A DNA stretch of 64,000 bases, taken from positions 32,001 through 96,000 of the IMG/VR virus record IMGVR_UViG_3300020048_000027, one strand, 5' to 3'. This DNA is from a virus. Positions 57,325 to 64,000 of the stretch are shown here, piece by piece. The notes beneath the pieces were generated by a model. The model saw only the letters and a program-made list of their open reading frames with translations. It made no database searches and was not told where the DNA came from. The translations under genes were made by a program, and so were the position numbers. Within the stretch, counting starts at the first letter, position 1. Every line of letters starts with the position of its first letter.

Positions 57325-57975
57325 TTAAAAAGGTTCCACAATGTTCTCTTGAATAAAAAACTCTTTCCATCCCGGACTTTTACTTTTACCTTTTCTAACT
57401 GCATTAAAGTACACGGAAGGTACTTTTTTATCAATAAAGATGTTATACCCTCCCCCTAACATTTTACGTGACCCTTCTATTTCAAAATCCCAAGGTGAAT
57501 ATTCCGGAAGGAGCACATCATACAGAAATGACTTCCTCCAAATTGAAGGTTGCATAGATATTAAGTATTCACTATTATCTGAAAACTGTGTTACTCCATC
57601 TACTTCTATGTTTGAATATAGTTGATGTCCGCTTGGAGATATTTGTAACCTATCTATGTTATGTTTATCACATATTTCTAAATAACCCTGTAACTGTTCC
57701 CCTGTATAGGTATAATTAAAAAGGTAATCCTCTAATATAAAGAAGATATAATCAGTTTTACACGACTCAATTCCTTTTCTCATACGTGCTCCCCAGCTAT
57801 CATTTTTAGATAAAATAGTTGTAAAGTTAGTATCTGTATAGGACGGAACTTCTACTGTTTCCCCAACGAATATATTATTAGTAGATATCTTCCAGTATCT
57901 ATCGAATGTAATCTGAAATGGTTTCCAAAGTGATGAGTAACTATCACACGTACCGATTAGAGTAGTTAAGTTCAT
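57325..57975 (-). CDS. Putative GT-A glycosyltransferase
   Basis: CDSY..LW, FILEDY, QPSIWRK, SPWDFE. Confidence 0.6.
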   Translation of the reverse strand: MNLTTLIGTCDSYSSLWKPFQITFDRYWKISTNNIFVGETVEVPSYTDTNFTTILSKNDSWGARMRKGIESCKTDYIFFILEDYLFNYTYTGEQLQGYLEICDKHNIDRLQISPSGHQLYSNIEVDGVTQFSDNSEYLISMQPSIWRKSFLYDVLLPEYSPWDFEIEGSRKMLGGGYNIFIDKKVPSVYFNAVRKGKSKSPGWKEFFIQENIVEPF

Positions 57976-58739
57976 ACTAACTTATTACTTTTACATATAA
58001 TGATATGGTTATCATGATATGATGTTTTTGGTATTTCTTTTTCAACACTGACAGTATCAAATATAGTTTTAAGTTGTTTTACCAATTCATTAAATAAAGT
58101 TCCGCTTGAATTTACAGTAAAATACCCGTGCTTACATTTACTTATAATATTCTCTACATAGAACGTAATTCCGGTTAAGTCCAATTCAGATAGGCAGTAG
58201 TCAGAGATTACTAAATCATAGTACCTATCAGTACGTATATTTAGGGTATCCATGAATTTCGCATCACATTTATTAAGTTTCAAATACGCACTTGACACTA
58301 ATAGGCTCTCCGGTATGTCAACCAGACTATAGTCTACATCCATGTACGATTTAATTACTAAACACTGACCGCCATAACCCGAACCGATTTCAACGATACT
58401 GTTAATATCTTTGTCTATTTCTAGAATATCTCCCAATACTCGCATAAATCTTAGAGTTCCAGGTGATATAGTATTGGTTTCAATATCATATATGTATGGG
58501 CTACCTGTTATATCATTCTTGCAAAATTTATCAATGGTATCTCGTTCAAGTAAAAGTGGGTAATTTTCTTTAATATGCTTATAGAACGCGATGGCAGTCT
58601 CTTCATCTCTTAAATCATTTCCAATAAAATTAGCGTATACTGGGTTTTGTTTAAAATTATCTAGATTTTTTGAAATTTTAACACACTCTAACTTAAATTC
58701 TTCAACTGATGGAAGCCATACTCCTTCGAAGTTTTTCAT
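57972..58739 (-). CDS. Putative sugar O-methyltransferase
   Basis: IVEIGSGYGG, VDIPE, DLVIS.YCLSEL. Confidence 0.8.
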   Translation of the reverse strand: MKNFEGVWLPSVEEFKLECVKISKNLDNFKQNPVYANFIGNDLRDEETAIAFYKHIKENYPLLLERDTIDKFCKNDITGSPYIYDIETNTISPGTLRFMRVLGDILEIDKDINSIVEIGSGYGGQCLVIKSYMDVDYSLVDIPESLLVSSAYLKLNKCDAKFMDTLNIRTDRYYDLVISDYCLSELDLTGITFYVENIISKCKHGYFTVNSSGTLFNELVKQLKTIFDTVSVEKEIPKTSYHDNHIIICKSNKLV

Positions 58740-59593
58740 ATTAGTTCTTTTATCTCCTCAATAGTAAATTCTTGTACTTCATTCGAATAGGGTCCTTCAT
58801 CTAGAACCTTTTCATGTAAATTCTCACCAGGTTGTAATCCTATAATACTAATTGGAATATCAACTCCATTCGAATATTTTTCTACCATTGCCTGTAAAAG
58901 GTTCGCTATACTCATAGATTTCATGGATGGACAGTAAGGTGTACTATCAGTTGCATGTTTCATACAATCTAAAATTAGTTCTATAGCTTGTTCTACAGTC
59001 CAGAAAAATCTTGTAGCTTTAGGCTCTGTAACGGTAACACCTTTACCAGCTTCTATTAAATCTTTCCATTTACATAGTACTGAACCTGTAGAGTATAGTA
59101 CGTTTCCGTATCTCACAACTCTATATTTACATTTTGGATTTAAGTCTTCGTACTGTTTAGCTAATCTCTCCATTAAAAATTTGGTAGCCCCGTATACTCC
59201 TGATACCTGTGCTGCTTTATCCGTAGAGATAACTAATACAAACGTTAGATCTTGTTTAATTGACTGTTCGTAAATATTTAGAGATCCTATAGTATTTGTT
59301 TTTATATTCTCTCTTACAAACTTTTCTGCTAGTCCGACATGTTTAGAGGCAGCTAAATGAAATACACCGGTTACATTTTTCATTGCTTGCATAACTTCAA
59401 AAGTGTCCGAAATATCTCCTGTATAGATTTCTACTGATGGGTGTTTTTCTTTTAACGCTACTAACGTTCCCTCGTCTCTTCCTAAAACTCTTACTCTAGC
59501 TCCTTGGCTAAGTATATGTTCAACTAACGGCTTTCCTAGAAAACCCGCTCCTCCTGTTACTAAGTACAGTCTGTTTCTTTCTATCTTAATCAT
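58736..59593 (-). CDS. UDP-GlcNAc 4,6-dehydratase-like (PseB/CapD family)
   Basis: TGGAGFLG, HLAASKHV, ISTDKA, YGATK, RYGNV..S.GSV, TRF. Confidence 0.85.
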   Translation of the reverse strand: MIKIERNRLYLVTGGAGFLGKPLVEHILSQGARVRVLGRDEGTLVALKEKHPSVEIYTGDISDTFEVMQAMKNVTGVFHLAASKHVGLAEKFVRENIKTNTIGSLNIYEQSIKQDLTFVLVISTDKAAQVSGVYGATKFLMERLAKQYEDLNPKCKYRVVRYGNVLYSTGSVLCKWKDLIEAGKGVTVTEPKATRFFWTVEQAIELILDCMKHATDSTPYCPSMKSMSIANLLQAMVEKYSNGVDIPISIIGLQPGENLHEKVLDEGPYSNEVQEFTIEEIKELI

Positions 59594-59613
59594 TATATCT
59601 ATGTTTATTTTTT

Positions 59614-60444
59614 TTATTCACTTACTGCTCTTCCTTTTGACTTTTCCCAATCCTTTTCCGGTCTAACCTCTAAGTTTGTTTTCCATCCTCCTTTAATTGT
59701 ATGTAAGGGTGTTCCTAACTTATCTGCTAAAGTTATTAATGCGTTAACATCTTTTGGAAAGCAAGTTCCTCCGTATCCTAATTTTCCATCCGGTCCCGGT
59801 ACATGTAGGTGACTATCTCCTATTCTTCCATCGGATGCAAATCCATTTAAAGCATCGACCCAGTTTGTACCTAGTTTATCTGAAAGTAACTTAAATTCAT
59901 TCATTATGGATACTTTTGTTGCAAAGAATGAATTATTCATATACTTAATTAATTCTGCAGTTGTTGAGTCTGTATGAATTATATTTCTGTTCATAAATCT
60001 TTGCTCAAATAGATATTGGACTCTCTGTGTAAATTCAAGAGGTCCTCCTAGTACAATTCTTGCTTGAGTAAGCATATCTAATTTAGCGGTTCTCTCAGTT
60101 AAAAACTCAGGGCTAAACACTATACTTAACTTTGGGTATCTCCTACAGAGATCCGCCGTAGTACCAGGAAGTACTGTTGATTTAATAATATAGATCGGCC
60201 CTTCTACTGCTTGGTCAAACACTTTCTCAATGTACGATAAGTCTTGCGAACCGTCTCTATGCATTGGGGTCGGTACACATATGAAGATAAAATCACATTC
60301 ATCTACCTCTTCCTTTGTATGACTAGCCTTTAATGGATCTACATCATAAATTCTTAAATCAGTTGTTGGTGAAAATGCGAATGCTAGACTCTCTCCTACA
60401 AACCCATTTCCCAATACTCCTACTTTGTATATTTCGTTTTTCAT
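59614..60444 (-). CDS. UDP-glucose/GDP-mannose dehydrogenase family, short form
   Basis: GNGFVG, CVPTP, KSTVLPG, SPEFL, KYMNN, GYGGTCFPKD. Confidence 0.85.
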   Translation of the reverse strand: MKNEIYKVGVLGNGFVGESLAFAFSPTTDLRIYDVDPLKASHTKEEVDECDFIFICVPTPMHRDGSQDLSYIEKVFDQAVEGPIYIIKSTVLPGTTADLCRRYPKLSIVFSPEFLTERTAKLDMLTQARIVLGGPLEFTQRVQYLFEQRFMNRNIIHTDSTTAELIKYMNNSFFATKVSIMNEFKLLSDKLGTNWVDALNGFASDGRIGDSHLHVPGPDGKLGYGGTCFPKDVNALITLADKLGTPLHTIKGGWKTNLEVRPEKDWEKSKGRAVSE

Positions 60445-60447
60445 TAA

Positions 60448-60876
60448 CTAATAATTATGTATTGCTTTCCTTACGTTAAATTTTAGCTGTATTACCTTAT
60501 GTGTGTCTTCGCTCCAATCAAATTCCCCGAAATTAACTGACTCAACTGTTCCATATAGTACCCATTCCTCTACAATATCGCCTACTGGTCCTACTGAGTT
60601 AAGTTTAACTTGGATTGTTCTATCATCTCGTGTTCGCTGATACCTTAATCCTTCGTTAATTGCTTGTGAAGTGGACGGACTAATCGGGTCGTACATGTAA
60701 AATGTAATTGGGTCAACTTTCATACTTCCGCCATCCATTATAATAGGGGATACTTTAAAGATCGTGGAAGGGTTTATTTCAAACTCTTCTGGAAATAGTA
60801 CGGTAAATCGGTTTGTTTGCTTTGGGAATGATGGTACGGGCATTCCGTTAGTAATATATTCATAGTTGTTTTTCAT
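60448..60876 (-). CDS. Tail tube (T4 gp19-like) paralog
   Basis: PKQTNRF..MYDPISPS..GPVGDIVEEW.L.G....VNFGEFDW. Confidence 0.6.
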   Translation of the reverse strand: MKNNYEYITNGMPVPSFPKQTNRFTVLFPEEFEINPSTIFKVSPIIMDGGSMKVDPITFYMYDPISPSTSQAINEGLRYQRTRDDRTIQVKLNSVGPVGDIVEEWVLYGTVESVNFGEFDWSEDTHKVIQLKFNVRKAIHNY

Positions 60877-60884
60877 AATGTGCG

Positions 60885-61511
60885 TTATTTCATTAACAAG
60901 TAGCTTGCATTCTGTTTTTCTTGTTTTTCTATAGTTTTATGGTGGTATAAACAGTATTCTTCAATATCTGGCAGTAATGAATACTTTTCAAATCCTTTTA
61001 ATGTCTCGTGGACTTTTCCTTGCCATTTAATTTCCGGCTTATTTTTCCATATTCTCATCTGCCAATCCGGAAAGTTCACCCAGCCCTTGTCATTGATTCT
61101 CCAATTCCAATCTGCTATGTGATTTGCGGATAGGTCCTTAACTGTATTTATCCTCGGTACCATTAGTACCTCCAACTCTCCATTAGTCTCTAACATTTCC
61201 GGTAGTGCTTGTATCAAGGTAAGGTTGGGGATTTCGTCTGCATCTATATTAAAAATATAATCCCCAGTACAGTACTCTACTAATTTATTTTTCCAATCAG
61301 CAAAGTGTCCTTCAAAGTTTCCTCTCCAAGTTTGTACGTTTGGCAGTTTATTAAACTTTAAAAGGTACTGTAGTACTTCCTTATTTCCGTTTTTTTCATC
61401 GTAAAGTATCACTATTTCATCCTGAATCCGTTTATGTTCCAGTAGGAAAGTTAGTAAATTTTGAATCTCTATGAACTCTGTGCAGACTGTTATTGCATAT
61501 GATAATTTCAT
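60885..61511 (-). CDS. Glycosyltransferase family 2
   Basis: IFNIDADE, PDWQMR, W.GKVHE. Confidence 0.85.
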   Translation of the reverse strand: MKLSYAITVCTEFIEIQNLLTFLLEHKRIQDEIVILYDEKNGNKEVLQYLLKFNKLPNVQTWRGNFEGHFADWKNKLVEYCTGDYIFNIDADEIPNLTLIQALPEMLETNGELEVLMVPRINTVKDLSANHIADWNWRINDKGWVNFPDWQMRIWKNKPEIKWQGKVHETLKGFEKYSLLPDIEEYCLYHHKTIEKQEKQNASYLLMK

Positions 61512-61518
61512 ACTGGTA

Positions 61519-61968
61519 TTAGTCTTTAAAAAAACCTATATGTTCTAATGCATCAACAAAATCTCTTTGATCAAACTTCTTCATATTTTTCATATCCATT
61601 TTCATTTGCTGATCAGTAGGAAACTTTTTGGATTCCCTATCTTCCTCTGTAATAGCTACCGACCTAACTGCGGACCATTGCCAATCTTTCTTTGAGATAC
61701 CATCAAGAAACACCATACCTTTATCAGGTATTGTTACAGTTGCTGGAGCCCATACTCTACCGTCTGCATCTTCAAACATTAAGTCTCTGTATAACTCAGG
61801 TGATGAGCTTTTTAAAGTCTCTGCAACTTTTCCTCCTTTGTTCATCAGTGTTGAGCTTGTAAAGCCACATCCTACACAGAACCAAGTGATAACATCCGCA
61901 CCGATATGCTGTTCGTAACAAGCGTTACCGCCACATCTGTTACATACTATTAATTTGTCTTTTTCCAT
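61519..61968 (-). CDS. Zn-ribbon protein
   Basis: CNRCGG...CVGCG. Confidence 0.65.
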   Translation of the reverse strand: MEKDKLIVCNRCGGNACYEQHIGADVITWFCVGCGFTSSTLMNKGGKVAETLKSSSPELYRDLMFEDADGRVWAPATVTIPDKGMVFLDGISKKDWQWSAVRSVAITEEDRESKKFPTDQQMKMDMKNMKKFDQRDFVDALEHIGFFKD

Positions 61969-61973
61969 ATTTT

Positions 61974-63230
61974 TTAAATTTTTGTAAATTTTGGTAAGTT
62001 AAGTGGAATTTGTAATGGTTGTAAGATTACGTGTTCCTTTATAATATGCTTAAGACTGTCTGACATTTTATCGTAACTAAACCGAGTTCTTGTTATATAG
62101 CCTTGTCTTTTAGCCAACTCTTTATACTTTTTATAGTTCTTAAATACTTCTTTAAAAGCTTGTGATACTTGTTCATCACTAGGTGTAAACCATAGAGCTT
62201 CCTCTAGTATCATTCCTTTAACTGCTGCGCTTTTATCTACTTTTCTTAACTCTCCTCCTACTACTATTGTAAATTCTTTAGATAAGAAATCAACTTGACC
62301 TGACCAGCCTGATGCTATTACCGGTTTATCGGTTGTTGTAAACTCTAGTAAAGGTCTTCCAAATCCTTCTCCCTTTGTTAGAGATACCATCGCTTTAACT
62401 TTCTCATGATTATACAGCTCATTCACTTCTTCGTCTGACAATTCTCCATGCAGTACGTAAATGTTAGGAAGCGTTCCTTTAACGGTTTTTCTTATTTCAT
62501 CTATCTTTTTCAAAATTTTCTCCTTATCCATCACGGAACTTCCTCCTACTTGTGTTTTTAGTATAAGAGCTGGAGCATTAGGCTTATTCTTAAAAGTCTC
62601 TAAAAAACTCTTAACAAGATACCCTACGTTTTTTCTATCTTCTCCTATTTTTCCTTGCATCCAATGTCCAACAAAAAGATAACACCAGCTTTCTTTTATT
62701 GAAGATATATCGAGTGTGGACTTAACAGGAAAATATGTATTTAAATCTACTCCTTCAAATAGTATTTTTATAGGAGTTCCAAGCTCTACCTTAGAAGTTA
62801 TCTGACCTGTTCTTGAATCTTGTACACTATACTTGCTATCCTGTAGTACAGTTTTTCCATGTTCTGAAGAGACTATAATTAAGTCCATTCTATTACATCC
62901 CTCTATCCAACTTGCATCTGCTAAAGTAGTTTCCATAGCAGCTGTTACTCCTATATTGTACCTACCTACTTTTTGAAATTCATTCGGGACTGTAATTTGA
63001 ATAAATACATCAGGTTGGTAGTCTGCTGAATTTACTATTAACGGTGTAAGCATTGTATCGTTATGATCTGCTAAGTAACCTGTTCTTGTATTTCCCCATC
63101 TCTTAGAAAGTATTTTTACATCCCAATCAGGTTGTGTTTCTATAAGCGCTTTTACGAAGTCCCTACTACGAGCTCCATATCCAGAGAATGTATCTACTGG
63201 TGCTGATACTATACATGTTGCTTTTCTCAT
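61974..63230 (-). CDS. Glycosyltransferase family 4 (GT-B)
   Basis: SGYG, RKNVG, GEGFGRPLLE. Confidence 0.85.
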   Translation of the reverse strand: MRKATCIVSAPVDTFSGYGARSRDFVKALIETQPDWDVKILSKRWGNTRTGYLADHNDTMLTPLIVNSADYQPDVFIQITVPNEFQKVGRYNIGVTAAMETTLADASWIEGCNRMDLIIVSSEHGKTVLQDSKYSVQDSRTGQITSKVELGTPIKILFEGVDLNTYFPVKSTLDISSIKESWCYLFVGHWMQGKIGEDRKNVGYLVKSFLETFKNKPNAPALILKTQVGGSSVMDKEKILKKIDEIRKTVKGTLPNIYVLHGELSDEEVNELYNHEKVKAMVSLTKGEGFGRPLLEFTTTDKPVIASGWSGQVDFLSKEFTIVVGGELRKVDKSAAVKGMILEEALWFTPSDEQVSQAFKEVFKNYKKYKELAKRQGYITRTRFSYDKMSDSLKHIIKEHVILQPLQIPLNLPKFTKI

Positions 63231-63231
63231 A

Positions 63232-64000
63232 TTAATAATCTGTGATTTTATGTGTTATATATTTTTTAGGTACCTCTTTAGCTTTATATATGTTGTACTT
63301 AGGTCTAGGTATAAAGTTCTCTAACACAGTATCCATAGCGTTAATAACATTATTACACATTCCTTTTGCACTCATTCCGGATTCTTCTGATAATACCCAT
63401 TCTCTTCCTGCTTTACCTCTTCTCTCTCTTTCTTCCGTAGACATTTTATAGACTTCCCCTATTGCTGTTGCAATATCTTCTGCTGATGCTCTATCATCTG
63501 AAATGTATGGTGTAGGTATGGATCCTACAATATGTAAATTGCTAGGAAAAACTGGGATTGCCCATTCACCACAATCTTTAACTGTTCCTCTATGGTTGGA
63601 AGGAAAATCAGAGTTAAAATCTATCCACTTTCCATCTTTTTCAAATCTCATTTGATCTTGCATCCCTCCTGTAACTGTTGCTATAATCATAGTCTCAGAC
63701 ATCATAGATTCTGTCAAGGATAATCCCCAACCTTCATTTGAGGAAGTTAGTAAGCTTACATCTGCTAAGTTATACAGGTAATTCATCTGAGGTGTGTTCA
63801 AATGATCTGTGGAAAAATATACATTTATATAACTATCATCACAAAACGCATCTCGTACTGCATATAGGTCTGTTCCGTTACTGTCTACTGGATCTGTGTG
63901 CATAACAAGGGCACATTTACTAGATGCTTCCTTACCTATTCTGTCACAGAATATTCGATAAGCTACCATGATATTTGCAGGACCTTTTCTTTGAATATTC
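63232..64000 (-). CDS. Glycosyltransferase family 4 (partial; frame open to window end)
   Basis: NIQRKG upstream of the track start; SNEGWGLSLTES, TGGMQDQ. Confidence 0.85.
   Translation of the reverse strand, partial: NIQRKGPANIMVAYRIFCDRIGKEASSKCALVMHTDPVDSNGTDLYAVRDAFCDDSYINVYFSTDHLNTPQMNYLYNLADVSLLTSSNEGWGLSLTESMMSETMIIATVTGGMQDQMRFEKDGKWIDFNSDFPSNHRGTVKDCGEWAIPVFPSNLHIVGSIPTPYISDDRASAEDIATAIGEVYKMSTEERERRGKAGREWVLSEESGMSAKGMCNNVINAMDTVLENFIPRPKYNIYKAKEVPKKYITHKITDY

Noticed and set aside
1576-63451. Plus-strand ORFs in the track (e.g. 10799, 18259, 29464, 36626, 48791, 50892)
   Set aside because: Nearly all are antisense shadows of well-supported minus-strand genes with no recognisable motifs; 36626 lies in a low-complexity pyrimidine tract.
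1-64000. Stop-codon reassignment
   Set aside because: Long genes are intact in the standard code and TAA, TAG and TGA all end tightly packed genes.
1-64000. tRNA or rRNA genes
   Set aside because: No cloverleaf or T-loop signature recognised by eye in intergenic DNA; tRNAscan-SE would be needed to exclude them.

Overview
64 kb of a large, AT-rich contractile-tailed phage genome. The host is probably Bacteroidota/Flavobacteriia, inferred from A-rich leaders without Shine-Dalgarno sites and TTG...TAnnTTT-type promoters. All credible genes are on the minus strand. Layout: (1) 1-21.5 kb late/virion module with tail fibres, baseplate gp6-/gp25-/gp5-like genes, a 1860-aa baseplate protein with beta-propeller repeats, a kinase-like putative head protein and a gp55-like sigma factor; (2) 23.5-35.4 kb array of small early genes, most behind their own copy of a ~60-bp promoter/hairpin element, including an exact 288-bp tandem duplication; (3) 35.4-37.8 kb largely non-coding region with a divergent promoter and 19-bp iteron-like repeats (origin or genome-end candidate); (4) a 303-aa helical protein followed by a ~340-nt structured RNA candidate; (5) 40.6-44.9 kb array of attC-like (integron-type) sites in which ORFs start inside hairpin loops and read across the site; (6) 52-64 kb glycosyltransferase/nucleotide-sugar/methyltransferase cluster. 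No tRNA, CRISPR array, integrase or reverse transcriptase was seen. All product calls are from motif recognition by eye; no searches were run.
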